Positions 10,161 to 20,084 of a stretch of DNA of 64,000 bases are shown here, one piece after another. The notes below the pieces were generated by a model that saw nothing but the letters and a program-made list of their open reading frames with translations, was not told where the DNA came from and did not search any database. Each line of letters starts with the position of its first letter. Position 1 is the first letter of the stretch. A program made the position numbers and the translations under genes. The stretch is taken from positions 62,001 through 126,000 of the IMG/VR virus record IMGVR_UViG_3300046665_000548; one strand, given 5' to 3'.

Positions 10161-10939
10161 TTACCCTTGCGAACCGAATCCGTCTTGCGCTTCAAGACGT
10201 ATGTCTTGCCGCCCTTCTGGAATACCCGACCATGTTCCTTATTGTCATCATCCAGATTTCCCTGATCGCTGACTTTACCGGTGGTCTTAGCACGTGAAGA
10301 CTTTGGAGAGATTTGCGGAGCACCCTCGATGTGATCGTTGAACGCGCCGTTGTCGTCAGCGACTTCGCTCTTCGGATAATCGAGGAACTTGAATAGAGGA
10401 TTGGCGGGATCGCGGCGAGCTTCGGCGCGCTCCTTCTCGACCTTTCCGAGAACACCCAGAAAGCGAGAGTTGTATTCGTTGCCATAAAGCTGGCTGGCAT
10501 CGACCTGTTCTGCTTCCTCGTAGCCGTCCTTTGTAAGAAGCGATCCCGGCTCCAGGTTGCGACGCTTTGCTTCGTCGGCCATATCGGCTTCGGCGTTCAG
10601 CTTCTCAGTCTCATTCTCTATCGGATCATTGTCGCCACGGACGACGATGAATGATTTCGGACATCCCAGGGCGAGATGAAGTTCTTCCATCATCACGTAA
10701 GGAGATGCCGGGAAAGCGAGTTCGACATCCAGTATGTAAACCTCGACGTTCGACAGCGAGGGGAAATCTAGTGGAGCCTTCTGGAAGATCGTCTTCTTCG
10801 GCGCGGAAATGTCAAGCGGCTCATATTTCAGCAGAGCTTGCTCGATCTCATCTCTGACCTCATCCGTGACTTCCACGACGGTCTTGATTCGGTAGTTGTA
10901 GGTCCGCTCGACGGCGGCGAGATATTTACGGATATCCAT
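10157..10939 (-). CDS. Late hypothetical, probable virion protein
   Basis: TAAATA upstream; N-terminus MDIRKYLAAVE. Confidence 0.7.
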   Translation of the reverse strand: MDIRKYLAAVERTYNYRIKTVVEVTDEVRDEIEQALLKYEPLDISAPKKTIFQKAPLDFPSLSNVEVYILDVELAFPASPYVMMEELHLALGCPKSFIVVRGDNDPIENETEKLNAEADMADEAKRRNLEPGSLLTKDGYEEAEQVDASQLYGNEYNSRFLGVLGKVEKERAEARRDPANPLFKFLDYPKSEVADDNGAFNDHIEGAPQISPKSSRAKTTGKVSDQGNLDDDNKEHGRVFQKGGKTYVLKRKTDSVRKGK

Positions 10940-11052
10940 GTGAGAAATACTGCCCTTGGTCAGTGTGCCTTGTATTTATGATAGGTGGGAAATCGCTTGA
11001 ACCGCTTGACAATACTCGAAATCGTGGTAGTTTTTAACAAAAGGGATTTGAA

Positions 11053-11439
11053 ATGAAAAAACTCGTCGCGGTCTACTGGGGCATTACAACCATCGGGGCA
11101 ATGATGACCGTGGCAACCGGCCTCATGGTGGGATTTGGAATGGCCGCCGTCGCCGCTCCGCATGTTGGTCTAGCGCCCTATCAGCTTCAAACGATGTTGA
11201 TTGGGGCCGTGATCCTCATCCTTGCAGCTATCCCTTTCATGTTTACCCGAACGGCAAGATTGATTCTTGTCGCATCCGGCGTGTATTGCACCGGAGTCGC
11301 GGGATTGATAGCAACTGGCCTTGCTGGTTTTATTTCGCCGTTTGTCGGGGTATCGTCGGATATTCTCCAGACCATGGTCGTAGTCAGTGTAATCCTGACT
11401 ACGCCGTCGAGGCTTTTGAAACTGTACGAGGGAGAATAA
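11053..11439 (+). CDS. Membrane protein with about 4 TM segments
   Basis: Hydrophobic segments; CTTGAC promoter upstream. Confidence 0.65.
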   Translation: MKKLVAVYWGITTIGAMMTVATGLMVGFGMAAVAAPHVGLAPYQLQTMLIGAVILILAAIPFMFTRTARLILVASGVYCTGVAGLIATGLAGFISPFVGVSSDILQTMVVVSVILTTPSRLLKLYEGE

Positions 11440-11443
11440 AGAG

Positions 11444-11707
11444 ATGCGCCTGGGTTTCGTTGCACTATTTTGTTGTTTGGTATCCGGTCAAGTGCTGGCA
11501 GGAGAGAGCGATTGCGTCCAGTTGCGAGATTCCGATCAGCGGAACCTCTGTATGGCAAAGAATCGCCGCAGCGAGACCTACTGCACCGCCATCAACAACG
11601 AAGATCAGCGCCGCTACTGCCGCGCGGTGGTGAGCCATCGGGAAGCTGATTGCGTCGCAATTTCTGACCCCGAACTCCGAACCTATTGCCGGGGGACGAC
11701 TCGGTGA
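11444..11707 (+). CDS. Secreted Cys-rich repeat protein
   Basis: Signal peptide plus three C-x2-(I/L)-x3-(D/E)-x-R-x2-C repeats. Confidence 0.65.
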   Translation: MRLGFVALFCCLVSGQVLAGESDCVQLRDSDQRNLCMAKNRRSETYCTAINNEDQRRYCRAVVSHREADCVAISDPELRTYCRGTTR

Positions 11708-12156
11708 CTGACGCCGATCTGCTGAAACAGTTCGAGGAAGAGTTACCGGAGTTGCATCGTTCGGGCTCTCTCAAGGAAGTGCGAGAGTGGGTCTTGGATC
11801 ATGCCGAGGCCCTGATTCTGCGCAACAGCAAACCCGACATGCCATCGGCTTTTCCGGCGCAGTTCTTCGCGATGGATTTTTCGCACCATCGATACGAAAA
11901 AAATATCTACGACCGTAAAGAGGACGACTATCGATCCGGTCTGGTGTGCCATTGCGTCATGAAGATAGTAGACTTCAATAATGGTTTTCGGATTCTCGAT
12001 GGAACTGGTCTTGTTGTTCAGAACGGCAAGACATCAGCAAATGGTCTTAAACTCCACTGCGATATTCATTTCTACGAAGAAGATTGGCCTACTCTATTTG
12101 TAATGGCCAAGATGACAAGTACGGATGGAAAGTTGGCGTTCTTCCTCGCCGCTTAG
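11704..12156 (+). CDS. Hypothetical protein
   Basis: GTGA-coupled ORF. Confidence 0.55.
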   Translation: MTDADLLKQFEEELPELHRSGSLKEVREWVLDHAEALILRNSKPDMPSAFPAQFFAMDFSHHRYEKNIYDRKEDDYRSGLVCHCVMKIVDFNNGFRILDGTGLVVQNGKTSANGLKLHCDIHFYEEDWPTLFVMAKMTSTDGKLAFFLAA

Positions 12157-12216
12157 ATATTGCTGAGAGCAATCGACAGCAGGTATAAAGTCCTCTATCT
12201 CTTTTTAAGGATTTCA

Positions 12217-12753
12217 ATGTCATCTTTCATTTCGACCGTTATGGTTGTTCTAGGTCTTTCACAGCCAGCGCCCGCCGTTGAGACACACAAGGGCGTCCGC
12301 GCCCCCGCCGTCCAGTTCAATAAGTATCCCAAGCGGGAAGATCATTATCCTGGTGGCTTCTCTTGGCCGGTTTGTGCTGGCAAGAAAGAGAAGATGTCAG
12401 AGTGTGTTACTGATGGCGATACGGTTCGCATCAAGTTTAAGGCGTATCGTCTTATCGACCTCGACACGCCAGAGACCAAGGCGTCGAACCGCTGCTCCAC
12501 TCCTGAAAAAGAAGCGGCAGCCAAAGCTCTCGGCGCGAAGGCCAAGCAAACCGTTGTGACGATGTTATCTACGGCGAAAGATATCGTTGTTACGGTATAC
12601 ATCGATCCGCTGACAAAGGACCCGGTGACCGACAAGTACGGTCGGACCCTCTCAAATATTTCAGCAGATGGTAAGGATGTGGCCTCTGTACTGATCAGCA
12701 GCGGTCTAGGCCATCACTATGATGGCGGAACAAAGACTAAGTGGTGCGACTGA
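12217..12753 (+). CDS. Thermonuclease (SNase-family) with a signal peptide
   Basis: VTDGDTV, RLIDLDTPE, DKYGRTL, LISSGLG motifs. Confidence 0.85.
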   Translation: MSSFISTVMVVLGLSQPAPAVETHKGVRAPAVQFNKYPKREDHYPGGFSWPVCAGKKEKMSECVTDGDTVRIKFKAYRLIDLDTPETKASNRCSTPEKEAAAKALGAKAKQTVVTMLSTAKDIVVTVYIDPLTKDPVTDKYGRTLSNISADGKDVASVLISSGLGHHYDGGTKTKWCD

Positions 12754-12769
12754 TAGTATCGTCTAATGA

Positions 12770-12796
12770 AAGGCTCCCAGTGGGAGCCTTTTTTTA
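12770..12796 (+). terminator. Intrinsic terminator
   Basis: AAGGCTCCCA-G-TGGGAGCCTT plus T-run. Confidence 0.75.
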
Positions 12797-12848
12797 TCGG
12801 ACAAGTTCTACTGCCTGCTAAATACAGGAGAATAATTGTAGGACTAAA

Positions 12849-15593
12849 ATGCCGAACTCTGCTGAACAACTACGCGAATGGCTGCGCCTCTTCGAAGATG
12901 ATACCGATTCGTCGTCGGATTCCTCTTCGGACTCCTCAACCTCAGATTCGTCTAGTGATACATCAACCGATTCGACTAAAACCGATACGAAGGCATCAGA
13001 GCCCGCATCGAGTCCGTCTGAGCCAGCATCAGCCCCTTCGGAACCAGCATCGACCTCCGCGAGCGCACCTAGTTCTGCGTCGTCTGGATCGGATTCGAAG
13101 CCTGCTACTCCGTCCGCAACGACGGACGTGGCCTCAGTAAGTCAGCCAGTTGCTTCCACCCCGTCTCCGGTGGCCGTTCCTACGTCAGCTTCAACGTCAG
13201 CTTCAACGTCGGCGGCTATGCCCGCTTCGACGCCTAGTTCGAGCCCGGCGACTGTTTCTACGTCACTGGCATCAGCGCCAACGCCAACTTCGACAACTGC
13301 ACCTACATCCGTTCCAATCAAATTCGACGCTAATAAGATCGGAGGAGAAGGTGGAGCCTCAGCACTTCTAGGTAAGATGGGATATCCGCCAGTCAACATC
13401 CTGGGCAACGGCCCGTCTCAGCTTGGTATTTCAAGTGCCTCGAAGGAACCTAATGCTAACCCCGCCAGCATTATCAATGCTATGGGTGGGCGAGATCGCG
13501 TAACACAAGGACTGTCGAACCTTTCGACAACGGAGCGCGGCCAAGTATCGAGCGCATTTGGCGGAGAGCAACAGCTTCAGGCTGCACTCGATGGCAAAAC
13601 TGAATTCACTCCGCCTGCTGCCGCTGCTGCGGCTAAGGCTGCTCCATCACAAAGCGCTCCTGCGATGCCAGCTTCATCGCCTGTTTCAGCGCCAGCTACC
13701 TCTGCGGCACCGTCTGCTACGCCTTCCGCGTCGAAACCTGCTGCCGCTGCTTCGACGGCCACGCCTTCGACGGCCACGCCTTCGGCTGCTGCGACGCCTT
13801 CGGCTGCTGCGACGCCTTCGGCTGCTGCGACGCCTTCGGCTGCTGCACCATCAACATCTTCATCTACAAATTCTGACGCTACCACCGCGAACGCCAGAAT
13901 GGCCGCATTGCTTGGCCAGAAGAATGTTAGTGACACCACGCCTGATCCGACTAAGGCTTCTGAGCCATCAAAGGCGGCCAGCGTACCCAGCACATCGACA
14001 CCCAGCACAACAAGTGGCGCGGCACCGTCTGCATTGGCAACAAGTCCAGCTAAGACTGCACCAGCCAACGCAACCGAGACCAAATTTGGTGACATCGGCG
14101 CGCTTTCCGGAAAATACGAGTCGGGTGGAAAAAGCGTTCATATGGTCAGCACTGGTAAAGACGATCCAGGAGGTGTTTCATACGGTCGCAATCAGCTTTC
14201 GACCAAAGACAGTATGCCTGCCTATCTACGCGCACCAGAATCCGCTGCGTATCGAGACCAACTAAAAGCGGCAGGTCCAGTCGGTAGCCCTGCCTTCAAT
14301 CAGGCATACAAGGATGTCGCCGCGCGTGATCCAGATGGTTTTCAAAAGTCACAAAATGACTTCTTGATGAGAACGCACTACGATCCAGTGAAGAGTGTTG
14401 CCGATAAGCAAGGTTTCGACACGAACAGTCGAGCCGTGCAACAGGCACTATTCAGCACTAGCGTTCAACATGGACGTGCTGCCGATATTGTGAGAAATGC
14501 CGGAGACATGACCGGCAAGACACCGCAACAGCAGATCAACGCACTTTATGACGCACGAACTGCGTACACACAAGGATTGCCTAATCTTCCAGATAATACA
14601 AAAGCTAGCGTAATAAATCGTTTCGGTAATGAGAGAAACGATGCTCTCGCAATCGCCAGCAGTCCGAACGACAAAAATCCCTTCGACAATAACACGGCAA
14701 CTGCGTCGAACGGAAGCGCCCCTGCGACGAGCGGAAGTAAACCTGCGACCGGGGGCACACAGGTAGCATCAAACTCTCCTGTGGCTCCGAGCAACCACAT
14801 GGACATCGCTCGGTCTATGGTCGGAAAGAACTCGGATCAGGCTCGACAAGATATTACATCTAGAGGCGGTAAGTTCAATAACGGCGTCTGGTGTGCAGAC
14901 TTTGCGAACGATGTTCTCAAGCAGAGTGGACAGCAAGGTAGCGGTAGTTCAATGGCGAAGAGCTTCTTGAACGTCGGTACGAAGGTGGACGCGTCAGAGG
15001 CTAAAAATGGCGACATCGTTGTATTCAATCGCGGCGCTCCGGGCTCCGCGTCGGGTCACGTTGGTTTTGTGGACAGGGTTAATCCAGATGGCAGTGTCAG
15101 AGTTCTGGGCGGAAATCAGGGCGGTCAAGTTAGTATCAAAAACTTTCCCGCAAGCCAAGTTGTCGGTTTCCGAAGAATTGACGGCGCGGGCACGGGAACT
15201 GGCAACGGCGGCACGGCAGTAGCGGCAAACTCTAACACGTCGAACGGAAATGCTTCCAGCAAACCTGCTACGAGCAATGCTGGTAGCTCTGGATCAGCCA
15301 GTAGCGCACCGACCAAAACAGCAAGTAACACAGCGCCGTCAGCGTCCAGCAACACTCGTTCGCAAGATACTCCTGCTTGGACTCCTAGGATTGCATCGTC
15401 ATCCGATGGCCCAGACCTGAAGCGTCCCAAGTCTGCCGATGACACGCCAACTACGGTCCAGGCCAGCACAGACACTCCTGGCGGTGTTGTTACGCCTAGC
15501 TACAGCGCGCCAACACCTAACGCATCACCGAACTTCTTGGCATCGCTTGAGCGTAGCAGGCGACGAGGAGGCAGTTCGAGAATGGCTGCCTAA
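12849..15593 (+). CDS. Large virion-associated peptidoglycan hydrolase with lysozyme-like and NlpC/P60-CHAP domains and S/T/A/P linkers
   Basis: LSGKYESGG..STGKDDPGGVSYG (muramidase-like); WCADFAN..GDIVVF..GHVGFV..LGGNQ (CHAP/NlpC-P60); N-terminal LREWLRLFE; TAAATA upstream. Confidence 0.8.
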   Translation: MPNSAEQLREWLRLFEDDTDSSSDSSSDSSTSDSSSDTSTDSTKTDTKASEPASSPSEPASAPSEPASTSASAPSSASSGSDSKPATPSATTDVASVSQPVASTPSPVAVPTSASTSASTSAAMPASTPSSSPATVSTSLASAPTPTSTTAPTSVPIKFDANKIGGEGGASALLGKMGYPPVNILGNGPSQLGISSASKEPNANPASIINAMGGRDRVTQGLSNLSTTERGQVSSAFGGEQQLQAALDGKTEFTPPAAAAAAKAAPSQSAPAMPASSPVSAPATSAAPSATPSASKPAAAASTATPSTATPSAAATPSAAATPSAAATPSAAAPSTSSSTNSDATTANARMAALLGQKNVSDTTPDPTKASEPSKAASVPSTSTPSTTSGAAPSALATSPAKTAPANATETKFGDIGALSGKYESGGKSVHMVSTGKDDPGGVSYGRNQLSTKDSMPAYLRAPESAAYRDQLKAAGPVGSPAFNQAYKDVAARDPDGFQKSQNDFLMRTHYDPVKSVADKQGFDTNSRAVQQALFSTSVQHGRAADIVRNAGDMTGKTPQQQINALYDARTAYTQGLPNLPDNTKASVINRFGNERNDALAIASSPNDKNPFDNNTATASNGSAPATSGSKPATGGTQVASNSPVAPSNHMDIARSMVGKNSDQARQDITSRGGKFNNGVWCADFANDVLKQSGQQGSGSSMAKSFLNVGTKVDASEAKNGDIVVFNRGAPGSASGHVGFVDRVNPDGSVRVLGGNQGGQVSIKNFPASQVVGFRRIDGAGTGTGNGGTAVAANSNTSNGNASSKPATSNAGSSGSASSAPTKTASNTAPSASSNTRSQDTPAWTPRIASSSDGPDLKRPKSADDTPTTVQASTDTPGGVVTPSYSAPTPNASPNFLASLERSRRRGGSSRMAA
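13760..13845 (+). repeat. In-frame 18-bp tandem repeat encoding (A)TPSAA
   Basis: CGCCTTCGGCTGCTGCGA-type unit repeated about four times within the linker. Confidence 0.8.
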
Positions 15594-15596
15594 ACG

Positions 15597-15857
15597 CTAC
15601 CACCAAGGTTCAGTTGACGAGATACCCTCGTCAACAACTATGATGCGTTCAGCAGGAAGCAAATAGGGGTGGTTCTCTATGTATTTTGCACGGACGCGTT
15701 CCGAACAATCAGTATCGTAGAATTCACCAACCGCAGCACCGTACATTTCAGATGCGACAGAAACAAAGTTGTAGAATATTTTATAGGTTCTAACCGAAAC
15801 CTTCATAAGAAATACACCTAGCAATCTTCTCACATGGTACCCTAACCATAAAAACAT
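15597..15857 (-). CDS. Hypothetical protein
   Basis: ORF fills the gap; start uncertain. Confidence 0.35.
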   Translation of the reverse strand: MFLWLGYHVRRLLGVFLMKVSVRTYKIFYNFVSVASEMYGAAVGEFYDTDCSERVRAKYIENHPYLLPAERIIVVDEGISSTEPWW

Positions 15858-15874
15858 CGACTATAAATAAACGG

Positions 15875-16312
15875 ATGTCTTATCTTTTCCTGAAAGGGGC
15901 TTCGGGCGCGGTTCAACCCCACACGTCATTCCGCTTCCGCGTCGATCTTTACAACCTTCTCCATAAGCTTCACGACGTTGACGAAGTATTCAGTCAATGC
16001 GTGATGAGCGCCGAACTCAATTTTACAGAAGGTTTGCTTAAGGTGAAGGTTGCCTCTCCGGTCAACGGAGCGCTAGACGAATTCCTGGAGCTACTATTCA
16101 AAGATTCGGTTTGGGTGCTTCGAGTTGTTCTTCTCGATAACGACAATGATCCGACTGTCGGCTATCGCTTAACCGACCCTTTTTTGGTCTCGCACAGTCT
16201 CGGGGGATTAAGTTATGATAATCCCGAAAACGTGTATCATGAGTTCGGTTTCGGCTTCATGAGCAAGCACTACGAACGCCTTAGTCCTTCTTTGAAAGCG
16301 CTTGTGCCCTAA
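15875..16312 (+). CDS. Divergent tail-tube-like protein
   Basis: QPHTSFRFRV and LSYDNPE resemble QPKPKHRFRV and FDYGSAE of 18628..19209; TATAAATA upstream. Confidence 0.5.
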   Translation: MSYLFLKGASGAVQPHTSFRFRVDLYNLLHKLHDVDEVFSQCVMSAELNFTEGLLKVKVASPVNGALDEFLELLFKDSVWVLRVVLLDNDNDPTVGYRLTDPFLVSHSLGGLSYDNPENVYHEFGFGFMSKHYERLSPSLKALVP

Positions 16313-16805
16313 GCTGCTTGATCAACTCGTTCCGATCTTCGTGGACAATCGCCTGAGCATTGATGGCACCAGGAATCGATCCTTCAGGACCTGCAATGGC
16401 GCGATCAAGCTCAAGCTTCTTCTGGTTCAAAGCAAGCTGCATCGCTTTTAATTGCGCATCTCGCTTGGAGTCCTTCGCGTCCTTTGCCATACGAAGGAAC
16501 TGACCGGCAACTTCAAATGTGCGAGACTGGCGCGCTGGGTCAACGTTCCAACCCATGTCCACCATATCTTCATACATCTTGAGCGCACGATCCGAGATGT
16601 CGTCCATCGCGTCGCCGTGGTCTTTGCCCTCAATCAGACTGAGGCTCTTTTCCGCAATATCGAGCGTCTTGGCCATTTCAGGCGTATCCGCAGAATTTTC
16701 TACTTCATCTTCATAGATTGTTTTTTCACGCTTTAGTACGCCCTCTTCCTTGAGGATGTCGTCAAGATGAGGGAGCCCGAGAGCATCTTCTAATCCACGA
16801 GTCAC
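16281..16805 (-). CDS. Helical protein, possible terminase small subunit
   Basis: Coiled-coil protein of suitable size after the gp4-like gene; function inferred only. Confidence 0.4.
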   Translation of the reverse strand: MTRGLEDALGLPHLDDILKEEGVLKREKTIYEDEVENSADTPEMAKTLDIAEKSLSLIEGKDHGDAMDDISDRALKMYEDMVDMGWNVDPARQSRTFEVAGQFLRMAKDAKDSKRDAQLKAMQLALNQKKLELDRAIAGPEGSIPGAINAQAIVHEDRNELIKQLRAQALSKKD

Positions 16806-17273
16806 TTACTTTCTCCTATCGTATTTAAATAGCGAGCTTTCAGTGATTACTTGAAAATCGATGCCGCGCTGGGTGCAGTATATTACAGCAGCCTTCCACT
16901 TTGCAGCATTGATCGCTTGTACGTGTATGGTGATCGGTTTGACCTTCAGAGGCTTACCTGTTCTCTCGGAGACAGGCTGATAACCTGGGGTCTCCTTCAA
17001 AGGCTTGATCTCAAGCATCGTCTTTTTCTTGTTTCCGTTTTTGTCTTGATAGATGACAAGAAAATCCGGAATATAGAATGTCCATTTGCCTGTGAATGGA
17101 TTTTGATAGGGGATGCTGACAGACTCTGACGACCACGCAACCACGCTGGGATGCTTGTCGAACCTTTCCATGCACTTCAACTCCCAACGCGAGCGAAACG
17201 TAATAGGATGCTTCCCTACGTACTTGCCAGGATTGGTAGGAGTGAACTGTCCCTTGTAAGTATTCATGCTCAT
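16806..17273 (-). CDS. Head completion nuclease (T4 gp4-like, TnsA-type)
   Basis: YKGQFTPTNPGKYVG, RSRWE, WSSE, YIPDF, EIKP, NAAKW, ITE motifs. Confidence 0.9.
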   Translation of the reverse strand: MSMNTYKGQFTPTNPGKYVGKHPITFRSRWELKCMERFDKHPSVVAWSSESVSIPYQNPFTGKWTFYIPDFLVIYQDKNGNKKKTMLEIKPLKETPGYQPVSERTGKPLKVKPITIHVQAINAAKWKAAVIYCTQRGIDFQVITESSLFKYDRRK

Positions 17274-17860
17274 TCGGGGTCTCCTCCGATACGCCCAGAG
17301 TTGAAGCCGAGTTGGCTGGTAGATGGCCGTTGAGCATTCATGATGCCAAAGGCACGCTTAGATAAAGAAAAGCCTCTGCTATCGCGACTATCCCACGTAT
17401 TGGGTGCATCCGTGTCGTGGTCAAAACCGTTGATGAATACTTGCTCTCTTGCAGGTTGGGTGCCTTTGATGTAGTCGGCAGCAAGAATTGCCGCTACTAC
17501 CGAATTAGCAAAATCAGTATCGTCAGCGGAGATTGCCGCCCTAGCTACGTCTACCTTAGCTGGATCAAGGCTAGATTGTTTCGTATACGGTGCTGAAAGA
17601 TACTGGGACGATCCGTCTGCCGGGTTCTTAATCGCACTAGTCAGGTTGAGAGCAGATGCGAGCGCGACGTTGTTCACAGCGGCAAACGACAAATCAGCGC
17701 TAAGCGATACGGGCGCAGGAAGAACACTCGGCGTAGATATAACTGAACCGAAGTCGAAAGTGCCATGCGAGACCAACGATCCCGTCCCTACAGACGAGTC
17801 ATAGCGACGCATGTCAGGGATTGCCGGTTGATATCGTCCTGGAGAGTTACGGCGTGCCAT
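17270..17860 (-). CDS. Hypothetical structural-module protein
   Basis: Coupled ORF within the tail operon. Confidence 0.55.
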   Translation of the reverse strand: MARRNSPGRYQPAIPDMRRYDSSVGTGSLVSHGTFDFGSVISTPSVLPAPVSLSADLSFAAVNNVALASALNLTSAIKNPADGSSQYLSAPYTKQSSLDPAKVDVARAAISADDTDFANSVVAAILAADYIKGTQPAREQVFINGFDHDTDAPNTWDSRDSRGFSLSKRAFGIMNAQRPSTSQLGFNSGRIGGDPE

Positions 17861-18623
17861 CGTCGGGCTCGATCACGTCGCCATCAAACTGGCCACTGCC
17901 CTCAGCGAACGCTTCACCAACGGTTTCGTTGGATAAGATCGCCTGTGGCTTTCCGTTGTTGACGTAAATGATCGCCTCGTATGCTACTACCATTGTGAAT
18001 AGCCCAATCCCGCTGTCTTCGTACGAAAGATCGTCCGCATCAAAGCTAGTTATTTTAGGATTGATGATGTCGAATTGAATGAACTTGCCGCCGAAGACCT
18101 GATACACCGAAATAGTGTCAAAGAAGAATTGGACGTTCTCTTCCATTTCACTCTGAGATGCCCGACGTGGCGCGAAGCCGAAGCCGAAACCATCCTCAGT
18201 GGCTGTATCTCGATATTCGTCAGCCATAACATCCCAGCGGAAATCGTCGCGAGCTTTATCGTGACGAAAGTCTCCGAAATAGTGCTGCGCGTAGTCGTTC
18301 CACATCTGACCGGCTGTGTTGTCAACAGTGTCGTAGAACGTCACTTTCATCTGTTGCAATTTGTAGCCAGTGTATACTTGACGCTTCTTATTATACTGGT
18401 TGAGTTCCTGAACCTCAGGTGTCACACCTGGGCGATCAACCGCTTTAACGCGATAGCTAAGGTCACGCTGCCACGTACGCTGACTAGCTTGAGATGCGGC
18501 TGTATCGTTGCCGCGTCTAAAGTTGACATAGAAAAGATTCTTCGGCCTGGGAGCGGCAGGACCGTCCAGACCGAAGATTCTACTAGCTTGATGTGGTGTC
18601 CGAAGAAACCGCGTCAATGACAT
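17847..18623 (-). CDS. Tail tube-like/baseplate tube initiator (gp54/gp19-like)
   Basis: VKAVDRP..ELNQYNKKR..VTFYDT..NPKITSFDADDLSY tube-fold pattern. Confidence 0.7.
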   Translation of the reverse strand: MSLTRFLRTPHQASRIFGLDGPAAPRPKNLFYVNFRRGNDTAASQASQRTWQRDLSYRVKAVDRPGVTPEVQELNQYNKKRQVYTGYKLQQMKVTFYDTVDNTAGQMWNDYAQHYFGDFRHDKARDDFRWDVMADEYRDTATEDGFGFGFAPRRASQSEMEENVQFFFDTISVYQVFGGKFIQFDIINPKITSFDADDLSYEDSGIGLFTMVVAYEAIIYVNNGKPQAILSNETVGEAFAEGSGQFDGDVIEPDDGTP

Positions 18624-18627
18624 CAGA

Positions 18628-19209
18628 TTACATCATTGGTCCGGAGAGCAATTCCGGGTTCTCAGGCATCAGGCCACCAAGCTGCGTTGCGTTGTCGTAA
18701 CGAACAGACATTTGGATGGTCATTGGCTCAGCAGAACCGTAATCGAAACCGTCGTAGTTGATGCTTTCAAGGAAGCAGTTTTCCAGATACCACTGCTCAA
18801 GAACGCCATCGTTACCGCCGTCAAGCGTTTCGATGTACATTTCGAACTTGTAGTTCGAACCAGCGAGCGGAGAGGTCTGCTCGAAATGGTTCATCTGCTT
18901 CTGCTCTTGGTGACCGATCAGCTTAGCAACAGCGTTCGTAACGTCGTCACGAACTGAAAGCTCAACTGGCGACCACTCAGCCTTGCCTGCGTAGTAAGCG
19001 ATGCTGTTGTAGGAATCGACCTTAACAGCGCCCTGGCTACGGGACGGACGGCTGACGTGCATAACCTGTTGTGTGAGTTCAAGACCGCCTGCAATCGGAC
19101 CGAACTTGAAGACGCGTACGCGGAAGCGATGCTTTGGCTTTGGCTGAAGAATGCCACCGCGTCCAGCACCACCTCCCAAAGGTACGCCAAAATTCTGTAA
19201 TGTGCCCAA
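18628..19209 (-). CDS. Tail tube protein (gp19-like), TTG start
   Basis: LQPKPKHRFRV..RPS..YYAGKAEWSPVELSVRDD..W.LENCF..YDNA; AGGAG RBS and TAAATA promoter. Confidence 0.85.
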   Translation of the reverse strand: MGTLQNFGVPLGGGAGRGGILQPKPKHRFRVRVFKFGPIAGGLELTQQVMHVSRPSRSQGAVKVDSYNSIAYYAGKAEWSPVELSVRDDVTNAVAKLIGHQEQKQMNHFEQTSPLAGSNYKFEMYIETLDGGNDGVLEQWYLENCFLESINYDGFDYGSAEPMTIQMSVRYDNATQLGGLMPENPELLSGPMM

Positions 19210-19352
19210 GGACTTAGCTCCTTTTGTTAATGTTATTGTTGAGCATAAATTTGAGCTTCTAGCTCGCGTTCAACTCCCTACAAGTATTTAGCGGAAGTTG
19301 ATCTATTCGGTTATTATACGAGTATAAATAGGCATGAATACATTGCAAAACT

Positions 19353-20084
19353 TTGGAGTTACTTTTGGACTACTACGTATACTTGTTGCTTGATCCCAGG
19401 AATTATTGCATCCCATTTTATGTTGGTAAGGGAAGAGGGGATCGAGCAAAGGCTCATCTCCAAGAAAACAGGATGTCGGAGAATCCGCGCAAGGCGGCAA
19501 AAATTAGAAAAATCAGAGCGGCGGGATTGGAGCCACTTATCCAGTATTGGCAAACTGGGATGGAAGAAGACGCGGCTTATCAACTTGAAGAGCTACTGAT
19601 AGCCCGGTTCGGAAGAGCTAAAATCGACACTGATGGAATTCTTACAAACCTCCTTGCCGATGCTCGACCGCCAAGTGCATTGGGACGATCTCCATCAGAG
19701 GAAACCCGAAAAATTTTAAGTGAGCGACAACTCGGTGATCTAAATCATCGTTTTGGAAAGCGTTGGACCGAAGAACAAAACCAGTCTCGATCAGCTTGGA
19801 ACAAAGCAAACGGCATCAAACCTCCTGTACGCTCGGGACCGATGTCTGACGAACAGAAGGCAGCAATCGGCAACGGCAATCGTGGGAAGAAGCGTTCAGA
19901 AGAGGTTTGCGCAAAGCTTAGTCAACAGCGCAAGGGTCGTAGTCACAAACCGCCGACTGAAGAGACAAAGCGTAAAATCAGCGAGGCGCAAAAAGGCGTA
20001 CCTCGCCGCAAGATGACTCCTGAAGAAAAAATTGCTCATTCAGAACGCGTGAAGCTTGCTTGGGCGAGGCGTAAGGGTCTCTAA
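19353..20084 (+). CDS. GIY-YIG (LEM-3-like) homing endonuclease with NUMOD3-type repeats; true start uncertain
   Basis: YYVYLLLDPR..FYVGKG..R..H, E..LI, LTN; repeated SEETRKILS/TEETKRKISEA motifs. Confidence 0.85.
   Translation: MELLLDYYVYLLLDPRNYCIPFYVGKGRGDRAKAHLQENRMSENPRKAAKIRKIRAAGLEPLIQYWQTGMEEDAAYQLEELLIARFGRAKIDTDGILTNLLADARPPSALGRSPSEETRKILSERQLGDLNHRFGKRWTEEQNQSRSAWNKANGIKPPVRSGPMSDEQKAAIGNGNRGKKRSEEVCAKLSQQRKGRSHKPPTEETKRKISEAQKGVPRRKMTPEEKIAHSERVKLAWARRKGL

Noticed and set aside
13760-13845. Short direct repeats as a possible CRISPR array
   Set aside because: Contiguous in-frame repeats without spacers, and no cas genes
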